Shown: positions 15,536 to 25,119, counted from the stretch's first letter. The stretch: 54,754 nucleotides of DNA from Anaerolineae bacterium (GCA_029907165.1 JARYMK010000002.1:1-54754), one strand, 5' to 3'. The notes: generated by a model from the letters alone, not told the origin. A program made the numbers and translations.

Positions 15536-17005
15536 ATGAGATACGTTCGTTGGTTTCGCGTTCTGTCCGTAGTGGCGGTGCTAGCGCTGGCCGCATGTTC
15601 CGCCGGCAGCAACCTCGCGGCGCGGCTGTCGCCCACCCCTGCGCATGCCGAGTCGCCCGGCGTGGAGTTGACGGTGTACAACTCGGCCCTGGGCCTCGTG
15701 AAAGACCGCCGACCGATGACGCTGGAGAAAGGCCTTAACTTCGTCCGCTTCTCCGACGTGGCGGCGGGGATTGACCCCACATCGGTGCATTTCCGCTCCC
15801 TGACCGACCCCGAAGGCACCACCGTGCTGGAGCAGAACTATGAGTACGATGTCGTGGGGTCGGCTAAACTGCTGCACAAGTACCTAGACCAGAAGATCAC
15901 GCTGGTTACCGAGGATGGGAGCGTGTACACCGGCAAACTGCTCAGCGGCGCCGATGACATCATCCTGGAGGGTACCGATGGCAAGGTAACCGTCGTCAAG
16001 GCCAATCAGGTGCGCGAGTTCCAGTTCCCGGCGCTCCCCGAGGGCCTCATCACCAAGCCATCGCTCCTGTGGCAGTTAGACGCGGCCAAGTCTGGTACCC
16101 ATAACGTGGAGGTAACGTACCTCACAAGTGGCATCACTTGGTCCGCGGACTACGTGGTGGTGCTGGCCGCCGACGACGCCTCGCTGGGGCTGAACGGCTG
16201 GGTTACCGTGGACAACCGCAGCGGCGCGACGTACAAGGACGCGCGGCTGAAACTCATCGCGGGCGACATCCACCGCGTCCAGCCCCCGCAGGAACTGGGG
16301 GTCTATGACCTGGTGCGGAAGGGCGCCCCTGCGCCGACGCCTGAACAGGTGGCCGAGCGCGAGTTCTTTGAGTACCATCTGTACGAGGTGCAGCGGCCCG
16401 TAACGGTCAAGGACCAGCAGACCAAGCAGATTGAGTTCGTAGGCGCGGAAGGTGTCAAGGCCGAGAAGATTTACGTCTACGATGGCCTGGGCGGCGGGTC
16501 GTGGTTCTACTACGGCCCCATCACCGACCCCACCTATGGCCCCACAAGCAACAAGAAGGTCATGGTGCTGGTGGAGTTCAAGAACTCCGAGGCCGACGGG
16601 CTGGGCGTACCGCTGCCTAAGGGCCGCGTGCGCGTGTACAAGGAGGATACGGGCGGCGGGACCGAGTTCGTGGGCGAGGATGCCATTGACCACACGCCCA
16701 AGGACGAGCGTGTGCGCCTCTACCTGGGCGACGCCTTTGACATCGTGGGTGAGCGCAAGCAGACCGACTTCAAGAAACTCGGCGAACGCACCATAGAGGA
16801 GAGTTTTGAGATTAGCGTCCGCAACCACAAGAGCGAGGCAGTGGAGGTGCGCGTGGTGGAGCACCTGTTCCGCTGGAGCGAGTGGGAGATTACGGCCAAG
16901 AACCACGACTACACCAAACTGGACGCCAGCAGCGTGGAGTTCCGCGTGAACGTGCCCAAGGACGGCGAGGCGAAGATCACCTACACCGTGCGGTATCGGT
17001 GGTAA
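15536..17005 (+). CDS. DUF4139/DUF4140 (TIGR02231, MuiA-like) lipoprotein
   Basis: Lipobox VLALAAC. VELTVYNSALGLVKDRRPMTLEKGLNFVRFSDVAAGIDPTSVHFRSL matches the family N-terminal pattern. AAGGAGGG RBS. Confidence 0.7.
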   Translation: MRYVRWFRVLSVVAVLALAACSAGSNLAARLSPTPAHAESPGVELTVYNSALGLVKDRRPMTLEKGLNFVRFSDVAAGIDPTSVHFRSLTDPEGTTVLEQNYEYDVVGSAKLLHKYLDQKITLVTEDGSVYTGKLLSGADDIILEGTDGKVTVVKANQVREFQFPALPEGLITKPSLLWQLDAAKSGTHNVEVTYLTSGITWSADYVVVLAADDASLGLNGWVTVDNRSGATYKDARLKLIAGDIHRVQPPQELGVYDLVRKGAPAPTPEQVAEREFFEYHLYEVQRPVTVKDQQTKQIEFVGAEGVKAEKIYVYDGLGGGSWFYYGPITDPTYGPTSNKKVMVLVEFKNSEADGLGVPLPKGRVRVYKEDTGGGTEFVGEDAIDHTPKDERVRLYLGDAFDIVGERKQTDFKKLGERTIEESFEISVRNHKSEAVEVRVVEHLFRWSEWEITAKNHDYTKLDASSVEFRVNVPKDGEAKITYTVRYRW

Positions 17006-17093
17006 CGAGCCGCACGGCCTGGCGGTGAAGGATAGCCGCCGGGCGCGGGGCGATGACGCGGGCGCTGCGCGGCTCCTGCGCCCGCAGGGATGT

Positions 17094-17173
17094 GGATCGC
17101 GAAAGACACGAAGCGGCGCGAAGGGTTCGAAAAGCCTCCCGTGCCTTTCGTGGCTTTCGCGTCGTTCGCAATC
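17094..17173. repeat. Family-2b hairpin repeat (CGCGAAAG / CTTTCG type)
   Basis: GGATCGCGAAAGACACGAAGCGGCGCGAAGG ... CGTGCCTTTCGTGGCTTTCGCGTCGTTCGCAATCC; related to 33212-33253 and to the core of 46891-47024. Confidence 0.65.
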
Positions 17174-17213
17174 CGAAGGCTACCTGGCGTAGCACCAAGT
17201 TCTGCTCCTTGGA

Positions 17214-17243
17214 TTGACAGCATCCGCGCCCGCGTGCTAGAAT
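17214..17243 (+). promoter_or_regulatory. sigma70-like promoter
   Basis: TTGACA-18 nt-TAGAAT upstream of the 17275 gene. Confidence 0.45.
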
Positions 17244-17274
17244 CTCCACAATTCAAGCCGACTGAAGAGGTGCA

Positions 17275-18099
17275 ATGTCATCTATCCGACCCCTCACCCC
17301 GGCCGACGAGCCTTTGCTCCTGGCTGTGCTCCGCGGGGACCCGCACAACAATCTGTTTCTCATTGGCAATCTGCTCACCCTGGGCATGGGCGAGCCGGAC
17401 CTGGAGTACTGGGGCTGCTACTCTGGGGACCGCCTGGCAGGCGTGCTGATGCGCTACCGTGCCAACTGGTGCCTGCATGACGCGGGCGGCGCGGACTTCG
17501 CGGCGATGGCCGCGGTGCTGGACGATCACCCTGCCGGGGCCAGGGTCATCACCGGAGAGTATGGCCTTGTGAGCCGACTGTGGGAGCACGTCCGCAATTA
17601 CGAGGCGTATGAAGACCATTGCTCCCGTCTCGCCGTCATGGAGGCGCTGGTGGAGTTGCCCGGTGTGGGCCCGGCCCGCCGCGCAAACGAAGATGACGTG
17701 CCTGGTCTTGTGGCCTTGTACAACGAGGCGGGAGAAATGGCCCGCGATGCAGCAGCTGTGCAGCGGGTTCTGGCGCATGGGCGCATCTTCGTCTCTGAGG
17801 AGGACGGGTGCATCGTGGCGGCAGCGTTGACCAACGCCGAGACACCGGAACTGGCGATGGTCGGCGGTGTGTACACGTTACCCTCTCGGCACAACCGCGG
17901 GCATGCCACGGCCTGCATGAGTGCCCTGTGCCATGAACTCCTGCGCGAGGGTATCCAACCTTGCCTGTTCTACGACAATCCGCAGGCCGGGAGCATTTAC
18001 CGTCGGCTCGGATTCCGAGAGATCGGCACGTGGCGGCTGCTGCGGTTGCGTCGGACACAAAGCACGCGAATGGACGCGAGCAAGCGCGAATCGGGATGA
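17275..18099 (+). CDS. GNAT-family N-acetyltransferase (two-domain, DUF4081-like N-terminus)
   Basis: C-terminal half has GVYTLPSRHNRGHATACMSALCHELL...YRRLGFREIG (acetyl-CoA binding R-x-x-G-x-A type region). Confidence 0.7.
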   Translation: MSSIRPLTPADEPLLLAVLRGDPHNNLFLIGNLLTLGMGEPDLEYWGCYSGDRLAGVLMRYRANWCLHDAGGADFAAMAAVLDDHPAGARVITGEYGLVSRLWEHVRNYEAYEDHCSRLAVMEALVELPGVGPARRANEDDVPGLVALYNEAGEMARDAAAVQRVLAHGRIFVSEEDGCIVAAALTNAETPELAMVGGVYTLPSRHNRGHATACMSALCHELLREGIQPCLFYDNPQAGSIYRRLGFREIGTWRLLRLRRTQSTRMDASKRESG

Positions 18100-18121
18100 G
18101 CCGTTCGCGCAAGAGCGTGTT

Positions 18122-18149
18122 TTGGACGCCGCGCAGAGTCGCATATAAT
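18122..18149 (+). promoter_or_regulatory. sigma70-like promoter
   Basis: TTGGAC-16 nt-TATAAT. Confidence 0.5.
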
Positions 18150-18192
18150 AATCTGTGAATGTTCTAACAAGACCGTACTGGGTGGTAATGTC

Positions 18193-20229
18193 ATGGCGCG
18201 GACCATATTCCCCTTCACAGCCATCGTTGACCAGCAGACCATGAAGCGGGCGCTGATCCTGAATGCGGTGAACCCGCTCATCGGCGGCGTGCTCATTCGG
18301 GGCGAGCGCGGCACCGCCAAGTCCACCGCTGCGCGCGCCCTGGCCGCGCTTCTGCCGGAGATTGACGTTGTCGCCGACTGCATCTACCGCTGCGACCCGC
18401 ACAACCCGGAGACCATGTGCGACTCGTGCCGCGAGCGCCTGGCCAAAGGCGAGACGCTCCCCGTTGGCAGGGCCGTTACCCGTATGGTGGAACTCCCCGT
18501 GAGCGCCACCGAGGATCGGGTCGTGGGCACGCTGGACATTGAGCACGCGCTCAAGACTGGCGAGAAGCGTTTTGAGCCGGGAATCCTCGCCGCGGCCAAC
18601 CGTGGGCTGTTGTACGTGGACGAGGTCAACCTGCTGGATGACCACGTGGTGGACCTGCTCCTGGACTCGGCAGCGATGGGCGTGAACTACGTGGAGCGCG
18701 AGGGGATTTCCTTCTCCCACCCGGCCCGCTTCATCCTCGTGGGGACCATGAACCCCGAAGAGGGCGAACTACGCCCCCAACTGCTGGACCGTTTCGCGCT
18801 CTGCGTGGAAATCAAGGGGTTGACGGACCCGCGCGAGCGCATGGAGGTGCTGGAGCGGCGCATCCAGTTTGACGCCGACCCAGAGGGCTTCCGCGCCGAA
18901 TGGGAGCCGCGCGAGCAGAAACTGTCCAAGGACATCGCTCGGGCGCGTGTGCTCCTGCCGCGCGTCAAGTACGACGACACCGACCTCTACGCCATCGCCC
19001 AACTGACAGCGGCCATGAAGGTGGATGGCCATCGCGCCGACATCGTGATCCTAAAGACAGCCATCGCCAATGCCGCCTTCTCGGGCCGCGATCACATCAC
19101 CGACGAGGACATCCTGCTGGCGGCGGAGTTGGCCCTGCCCCATCGCATGAAGCGCCAGCCGTTCCAGGACGAGGAAATCCGCTTTGAGGAACTGAAGGCC
19201 AAGTTGGAGAAAGTGCAGGCCGAGGCAATGGCCCAGCAGGATGCGAGCCGCTTGGACGCCGAGGCGGACGTAAAAAAAAAAGACCAGGTAACGGAGCCTT
19301 CGCCTAACGTCGGCGGGAGCGGCGTCGCCATCAAAGGGCACGATGCGACCCCGCTGGGGTTCAAGGGCGCGCAAGAAGCCATGCTGGCTGTGGACATCGG
19401 CCCGACCTTCAAACCCCGCCGGTTGAGCACCCCCCTGGATCGCCTCACCCGCAGCACGGCGGGCAAGCGCAGCCTCACCAAGACCAAGCGCAAGCGCGGC
19501 CGCTACGTACAGAGCCTGCCGGCCAACGGCAAGCCCGACGACCTGGCGCTGGACGCAACCCTGCGCCACGCCGCCCTGAGCCGCACGCGCGAGCACAGGA
19601 CCGAGCCCGGCGTCCAGTTGAAGAAATCCGACTGGCAGAAGAAGGTGCGGGTGCGCCGCGCCGCTAATCTCATCCTCTTCGTGGTGGACGCCAGTTGGTC
19701 CATGGCCGCGTCTGAGCGCATAGAGACCACCAAAGGCGCGATCTTCTCGCTGCTGACCGATGCCTACAAGCGGCGCGATCAGGTGGGTCTGGTGGTGTTC
19801 CAGCGCGAGGAGGCCCGGCTGGAGTTGGCCCCCACGTCCAGTGTGGAACTGGCGAAGGAGGCGCTGAAGGACATCCCCGTGGGCGGCAAGACGCCCCTGA
19901 GCCACGGACTGGTGCTCGCCTATCGGGTGATCCAGCAGGCCCGTCGCAAAGACCCCGAGGTGATGCCGCTGATGATTCTCCTGACCGACGGCGCGGGCAA
20001 CGTGTCGCTGACCCGCTTGCCGCCCCAGGAAGAGGCACTGCGCGTGGCGCGGCTCATCGCCCGCAGCGGGATTCGGTCTGTCGTCATCAATATGGAGCAC
20101 CCATCCTTTGACCGCGGCCTGACCCAGGAACTGGCCAACGCCCTGAAGGGGCCGTGCTACACGCTTCGCGAGTTGCGCGCCCAGGAGTTGTACCAGACGG
20201 TGCGCGGCGAACTGGCAGCGGAGCGATAG
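18193..20229 (+). CDS. Mg-chelatase-like AAA+ (ChlI/BchI module) fused via a charged linker to a ChlD-type vWA domain
   Basis: FPFTAIVDQQTMKRALILNAV, Walker A GERGTAKST, Walker B LLYVDEVNLL, then vWA MIDAS ILFVVDASWSM...LLTDGAGN. Confidence 0.85.
   Translation: MARTIFPFTAIVDQQTMKRALILNAVNPLIGGVLIRGERGTAKSTAARALAALLPEIDVVADCIYRCDPHNPETMCDSCRERLAKGETLPVGRAVTRMVELPVSATEDRVVGTLDIEHALKTGEKRFEPGILAAANRGLLYVDEVNLLDDHVVDLLLDSAAMGVNYVEREGISFSHPARFILVGTMNPEEGELRPQLLDRFALCVEIKGLTDPRERMEVLERRIQFDADPEGFRAEWEPREQKLSKDIARARVLLPRVKYDDTDLYAIAQLTAAMKVDGHRADIVILKTAIANAAFSGRDHITDEDILLAAELALPHRMKRQPFQDEEIRFEELKAKLEKVQAEAMAQQDASRLDAEADVKKKDQVTEPSPNVGGSGVAIKGHDATPLGFKGAQEAMLAVDIGPTFKPRRLSTPLDRLTRSTAGKRSLTKTKRKRGRYVQSLPANGKPDDLALDATLRHAALSRTREHRTEPGVQLKKSDWQKKVRVRRAANLILFVVDASWSMAASERIETTKGAIFSLLTDAYKRRDQVGLVVFQREEARLELAPTSSVELAKEALKDIPVGGKTPLSHGLVLAYRVIQQARRKDPEVMPLMILLTDGAGNVSLTRLPPQEEALRVARLIARSGIRSVVINMEHPSFDRGLTQELANALKGPCYTLRELRAQELYQTVRGELAAER
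19272..19281 (+). other. A10 homopolymer inside the CDS at the AAA+/linker junction (potential slippage site)
   Basis: gac GTA AAA AAA AAA GAC. With 11 A (or a -1 shift) the frame reads KKKRPGNGAFA-stop; with 9 A it reads KKKTR-stop. Confidence 0.9.
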
Positions 20230-20252
20230 GACAGCGCGGCGGGGGGAAGGAC

Positions 20253-21191
20253 ATGTCCACGAACTCCACCGTTCCCGCGCGGCTGCGCGCTTTGCTCCCA
20301 TCCCTGCTGGCCGATGCGGGCCTCGCCCTGGTTACCCTCATCTGGGGGCTGACCTTCGTGGTCGTCAAGGACGCCGTCGCCCAGGTGCCGGTGATGACGT
20401 TCCTCGCGTGGCGGTTTGGCGTGGGCGCGGTGGCGCTGCTGCCGCTATCGTTCCGCAGCCTGCGGAAGGCCGGTCGTCGGGAGTGGGTCGCCGGCGCGCT
20501 CATCGGCGTTTCGCTGTTCGCGGGTTATGTGCTCCAGACGGCCGGCCTGCAGTGGACCACGGCAAGCAAGACCGGCTTCATCACGGGGCTGTACGTCCCC
20601 CTCGTGCCCCTGTTCGCGTGGCCGCTCATGCGCGAGAAACCCAGCCGCAACGCCATCGCGGGTCTGGTGCTGGCCACGGTCGGCCTGGGCCTGCTGTCGC
20701 TGCGGGGGGATCTGCGCGTGGAGAGGGGGGACCTGCTGGTGCTGGGCTGCGCGGTGGCCTTCGCGTGGCAGGTGGTGCTCATCGCCTATTTCGCGCCGCG
20801 GATGCCCGCGCTGACGCTGGCCCAGGTGCAGATCACCGTGGTGGCGGTGGCGTCGGCGGTGGTCGCGGCGCTGGCGGGCGAGCAACTCGTGCCCTTGCCG
20901 CGAGCGGTCTGGGGCGCTGTCGCGTTCAACGGCGTGCTTGCCACGTCGGTCGCCCTAGGTCTGCAGAACTGGCTCCAGGGCAAAACCAGCGCTACCCACG
21001 CCGCGCTGATTTTCGTGCTGGAACCGGTCTTTGCGGCCATGTTCGGGTGGATTCTTGCGGGGGAGACACTAGACTTGCGGGGATGGGTCGGTTCCGCTAT
21101 GATTTTGGCCGGCATGATCGTGGGTCAGAGGAACAACCGCTCGGGCGCTGCGTCCGAGAACAAGGAGGACGCGCTTGCAACTTCCAGATAG
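20253..21191 (+). CDS. EamA/DMT-family transporter
   Basis: 10 predicted TM helices, duplicated EamA pattern (LIWGLTFVVVKD...). GGGGGGAAGG RBS before the ATG at 20253. Confidence 0.8.
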   Translation: MSTNSTVPARLRALLPSLLADAGLALVTLIWGLTFVVVKDAVAQVPVMTFLAWRFGVGAVALLPLSFRSLRKAGRREWVAGALIGVSLFAGYVLQTAGLQWTTASKTGFITGLYVPLVPLFAWPLMREKPSRNAIAGLVLATVGLGLLSLRGDLRVERGDLLVLGCAVAFAWQVVLIAYFAPRMPALTLAQVQITVVAVASAVVAALAGEQLVPLPRAVWGAVAFNGVLATSVALGLQNWLQGKTSATHAALIFVLEPVFAAMFGWILAGETLDLRGWVGSAMILAGMIVGQRNNRSGAASENKEDALATSR

Positions 21192-22329
21192 TTATGAGGC
21201 GCTATACGAGCAGGCGAAGAGGACTGGCGCTACCGATCTCCGCGCAGCCGTAGAACAACTCAGGCGGCTGGTGGACCGGCTGCTGAACCTGCCGGAACGT
21301 GTCTTGGATCGCAAGCCGAATCTGCGCGACCTGCGGGGCCGTGTGGCCGACGACTACCTTTTGTTCCTCCGCTGGGCGGGGCAAAACGACGAAGCGCTGG
21401 CCGAGGTGGAACGGCTCAGCCAGGCGATGCCGGAACGAGCGGCATTTTGGACGCTGGAGCGCGCGCTGAATCTGATTGACAGCGGGAAGGTCAGCGAGGG
21501 GCTGGACGTGCTACGGGCGTTGCTCCTCCAACGCTCTGCCGACGAGTACTACGTTCGGTACGTTCTCGCGCGGGAACTCTGGGCCGCGGGGGAGTATGCC
21601 GAGGCTACGGAACTGGCGAAAGTCCTGGCCCAGGATGCCCGCGATGACACCAAACGGGTAATTGCACTTTCCCTGCTCATGAGCATCGCGATGGAGGTCA
21701 ATGATCCCCGTGCGGTTGTCTCCTACGCGCAGAAGATCAAGGAGCAGACAGACCATGTGCCCTTTGCGGCTTGCGAATGGCTGGCGGGTCGCGGGCACTG
21801 GGATGACCTGGAAGAGTTGTTGAAACGTGTCAAACAGCGCTTTATGCAGCGGTTTTTTCGCGGGGAGATTTGCAGGGCGCGAGGGGATGAGGCCGGCGCC
21901 AAAGCGCTATGGGCACCACTGCTTGATGAAGAGCGTAGCGGCGACGTGGATGTGCACTCCTACGTCGCGGTCCGGGTTCTTACGCAACAGGCGGATGAGG
22001 GCCTGGAGGATGTGCTCAAGACTATCCTTGCCGAACAGCCTGTAGACTCAGTGTTGTCGCTCGCGCTCATCGCCGCGTTGGTACAGATGGGCCGCGTTGA
22101 CGAGGCTGTGGCCAAGGTTCAAGCCTACCTGGACAGAATGCGGCTCTTCCGCCCGTATTGGAAACGCCTCCCCTATTCCTATTGGCTGCGGCTTCGGCGC
22201 TATCCCATGCCCGCAGAGGCGGTGGAGGTCCTTCGCCCGTATTTCGTTACCGAGCAGGCGGCTAACGCGCAGCGTCGCCACGGCGGCACAAGGCTTGCAC
22301 CGCCGACGATGTCGGCTATAATGGGGTGA
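21175..22329 (+). CDS. Helical-repeat (TPR-like) protein of unknown function
   Basis: Alpha-helical repeat composition. TTG start has AAGGAGG 6 nt upstream. Overlaps the preceding gene by 17 nt. Confidence 0.5.
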   Translation: MQLPDSYEALYEQAKRTGATDLRAAVEQLRRLVDRLLNLPERVLDRKPNLRDLRGRVADDYLLFLRWAGQNDEALAEVERLSQAMPERAAFWTLERALNLIDSGKVSEGLDVLRALLLQRSADEYYVRYVLARELWAAGEYAEATELAKVLAQDARDDTKRVIALSLLMSIAMEVNDPRAVVSYAQKIKEQTDHVPFAACEWLAGRGHWDDLEELLKRVKQRFMQRFFRGEICRARGDEAGAKALWAPLLDEERSGDVDVHSYVAVRVLTQQADEGLEDVLKTILAEQPVDSVLSLALIAALVQMGRVDEAVAKVQAYLDRMRLFRPYWKRLPYSYWLRLRRYPMPAEAVEVLRPYFVTEQAANAQRRHGGTRLAPPTMSAIMG

Positions 22330-22394
22330 GCGCGAGACGTAGGGGATCCCCAATGCACAATTGCGGGCCAGGTTGCCCGAAGGGAGGGGCTGAT

Positions 22395-23372
22395 ATGAAA
22401 CGAGCGTTACTGCCAACGGTTCTTGTCGTGGTGGCGTTGCTGGTTGTGGGGTGTAGTTTGTTGCCCGGGCAGCAGGCGCCTGCCCAGCCCACGAGCGTAC
22501 CCCAGCCCACGCAGCCAGCGGTGGGCGGCGACACCCTGCCCACGGCGGTTATCCCAACGCCTGGCGCGGAAGTGGGCACCGTCGCCGCGCGGGTGAACGG
22601 ACAGGCCATCCCCATGGCAACGTTCCAGAAGCAGTTCTTCCAGTTCAAGGTCGCGCTGACGGATCAGAACGTGGACCTGACCACGGACGAGGGCAAGGCC
22701 GCGCTGGCCCAGGTGCGGGCGCAGGTGCTCAACTCGCTCATTGAACTGGCGCTCATCCAGCAGGCCGCGGCGCGCATGGGCATCTCCATCTCGGACGAGC
22801 AACTGGAAGCGCACGTGCAGGAGACCGTCGCTTCGGGCGGGGGGGAGGAGAAGTTCCAGGAGTGGCTGGCCGAAAGCGGCATCACGCCTGAGGAGTTCCG
22901 CGAGCAACTGCGCGCCGAGTTGCAGACCGAGATGGTGATTCAGCAGGTAACCGGCTCCGTGCCCGACAAGGCCGAGCAGGTGCACGCGCGGCACATCCTG
23001 CTGGCCAGCGAGCAGGACGCTCAGGCGGCCCTACGCCGAATCCAGGCGGGCGAGGACTTCGCCAAGGTGGCCCGCGAGATGTCGCAGGATGAGATCACCC
23101 GCGCCGACGGGGGCGATTTGGACTTCTTCCCCAAAGGTATGCTGAGCGTGCCTAAGGAGATAGAGGACGCGGCGTTCGCGTTGCAGCCGGGGCAGGTCAG
23201 CGGCATCGTTCGCAGCCCCCACGGATACCACATTGTCCAGGTGCTGGAGCGACAGGCCGGGCGACCGCTTCCGCCCGATGTATACCAGGCGATGAAGCAG
23301 AAGGCTTTTGACGACTGGCTTCAGCAGCAGCGGGCCGCCGCCCAGGTAGAGATTCTGGTCCCAACCGAATAG
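22395..23372 (+). CDS. Lipoprotein peptidyl-prolyl isomerase (SurA-N plus parvulin/PpiC domain, PrsA-like)
   Basis: Lipobox LLVVGCS. Parvulin block VHARHILL...FAKVAREMSQD...GGDLDFFPKGML...SPHGYHIVQV. Confidence 0.85.
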   Translation: MKRALLPTVLVVVALLVVGCSLLPGQQAPAQPTSVPQPTQPAVGGDTLPTAVIPTPGAEVGTVAARVNGQAIPMATFQKQFFQFKVALTDQNVDLTTDEGKAALAQVRAQVLNSLIELALIQQAAARMGISISDEQLEAHVQETVASGGGEEKFQEWLAESGITPEEFREQLRAELQTEMVIQQVTGSVPDKAEQVHARHILLASEQDAQAALRRIQAGEDFAKVAREMSQDEITRADGGDLDFFPKGMLSVPKEIEDAAFALQPGQVSGIVRSPHGYHIVQVLERQAGRPLPPDVYQAMKQKAFDDWLQQQRAAAQVEILVPTE

Positions 23373-23378
23373 TCAAGG

Positions 23379-23474
23379 CATTCACCGCGGAGCTCGGGGA
23401 ACGCAGAGGTATTGGGGCCAGGATTTGAGAGGCCGCCAACCCTCCTTGTGGCCTCTGCGTGCTCTGCGGTGAGG
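23379..23474. repeat. Family-2 palindromic repeat (TTCACCGCGGAG...CTCTGCGGTGA arms)
   Basis: CATTCACCGCGGAGCTCGGGGAACGCAGAGG ... CCTCTGCGTGCTCTGCGGTGAGG. Confidence 0.7.
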
Positions 23475-23496
23475 ATTGTAGCACAGAGGAGCATAA

Positions 23497-24288
23497 ATGG
23501 CAGAAGTCAAGCACGTCAAGAAAATCGCCGTAACGGGCAAGGGCGGCGTGGGCAAGACGACCCTGGCGGGCCTGCTCGCGTATATCTTCGCGGCGCAGGG
23601 CGAGCGCGTCATCGCCATTGACGCCGACCCCGACGCCAACCTCGCGTCAGCGTTGGGGTTCCCGCCGGAACTGGTGGAGCGAATCACGCCCATCGCCGCG
23701 ATGGACGATCTCATCTACGAGCGCACCGGCGCGCAACGCGGTACCACAGGCGGCTTCTTCCAGATCAACCCCCGTGTGGACGACATCCCCGACCGGTTCA
23801 GCGCCGTGCACCGCGGCATTCGGCTGCTGGTGCTGGGCACGGTCAAGAAGGGCGGCGCGGGGTGCATCTGCCCCGAAAGCGCGCTCCTGCGCTCGCTGAT
23901 GGTCAACCTCATCCTGCACCGCGACGAAGTTGTCATCGCCGACATGGAGGCTGGGATTGAGCACCTGGGGCGGGCGACGGCCCAGGCGGTGGACGCCATG
24001 ATCGTGGTGGTGGAGCCGGGCCGCCGCAGCCTTCAGACTGCCGAGACCATCCGCAGGCTGGCGGGCGACCTGGGCCTCACGCGGATTTTCGTGGTCGGCA
24101 ATAAGGTGCGCGGCGAGGAAGACCGTCAGTTCATCGCCGAAAACCTGCCGGAGTTCAAGGTGCTTGGCTTCATGCCGTTCTCGCCGGACGCCATTCGTTC
24201 GGACTTGGAAGGCCGGGCCGTGTATGACGTAGCGCCCGACCTGGTGGCGGAGGCCGAGAAGATCGCGGCCGCGTTGCGCGGCGGGTGA
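23497..24288 (+). CDS. cooC: CooC/AcsF-type MinD-family Ni-insertion ATPase
   Basis: Deviant Walker A GKGGVGKTT and metal-binding GCICPE (CxC) motif. Confidence 0.75.
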   Translation: MAEVKHVKKIAVTGKGGVGKTTLAGLLAYIFAAQGERVIAIDADPDANLASALGFPPELVERITPIAAMDDLIYERTGAQRGTTGGFFQINPRVDDIPDRFSAVHRGIRLLVLGTVKKGGAGCICPESALLRSLMVNLILHRDEVVIADMEAGIEHLGRATAQAVDAMIVVVEPGRRSLQTAETIRRLAGDLGLTRIFVVGNKVRGEEDRQFIAENLPEFKVLGFMPFSPDAIRSDLEGRAVYDVAPDLVAEAEKIAAALRGG

Positions 24289-24330
24289 GTGCACGGCCTT
24301 CAGGCCCAACCTGTGGGCGAGGAGGGGGCG

Positions 24331-25119
24331 ATGCCGCGAATTCGGGTGCGGGACATCGGGCTGCACTACGAGGAAGTCGGCGCGGGCGAGCCGCTTCTGT
24401 TCATCCATGGCCTTGGCTCCAGCGGCCGCGACTGGGAGATGCAAGTCCCCTTCTTCGCCAGCGAGTACCGCGTCGTCGTGTTTGATTTGCGCGGGCATGG
24501 CGAGTCCGACAAGCCCCGTGGGCCGTACACCATGCCCCAGTTCGCCGAGGATACCGCGGGGCTGATTGAGGCCCTCGGCATCGCGCCGGCCCACGTCGTT
24601 GGCATCTCGCTGGGCGGGATGATCGCGTTCCAGTTGGCGATTGACCGGCCTGATTTGGTCAGGAGCCTTGTGATTGTGAACAGCGGGCCGGAGTTCGTGG
24701 CGCGGACGTTCCGCGAGCGCCTGGCTGTGCTCCAGCGCTTCCTGGTGGTGCGGTTGGTCGGGATGCGGAAGATGGGCGAAATCCTGGCCCCGCGTCTGTT
24801 CCCCAAGCCGGAGCAGGGCGCGCTGCGGGAGATGTTGGTGGAGCGGTGGGCGGCGAACGACCCGCGCGCCTACCGCGATGCCATGCGGGCAATTGTCGGC
24901 TGGAGCGTGGCCGACCGACTGGGCGAGATAGACATCCCGACCCTCGTCGTTGCGGCGGACGAGGACTACACGCCGGTGTCCACCAAAGAGGCTTACGTCG
25001 CCAAGATACCCCGCGCCGAACTGGCGGTGATCCGCGACGCGCGGCACGCCGTCCCTGTGGAGCGGCCCGACGAGTTCAACGCGGCCGTAGGGGCGTTCCT
25101 TGCGCGTCAGCGGGGGTAA
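24331..25119 (+). CDS. Alpha/beta-fold hydrolase
   Basis: LLFIHGLGSSGRDW, nucleophile elbow GISLGG, C-terminal DARH. GAGGAGGGGG RBS before the ATG at 24331. Confidence 0.8.
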   Translation: MPRIRVRDIGLHYEEVGAGEPLLFIHGLGSSGRDWEMQVPFFASEYRVVVFDLRGHGESDKPRGPYTMPQFAEDTAGLIEALGIAPAHVVGISLGGMIAFQLAIDRPDLVRSLVIVNSGPEFVARTFRERLAVLQRFLVVRLVGMRKMGEILAPRLFPKPEQGALREMLVERWAANDPRAYRDAMRAIVGWSVADRLGEIDIPTLVVAADEDYTPVSTKEAYVAKIPRAELAVIRDARHAVPVERPDEFNAAVGAFLARQRG

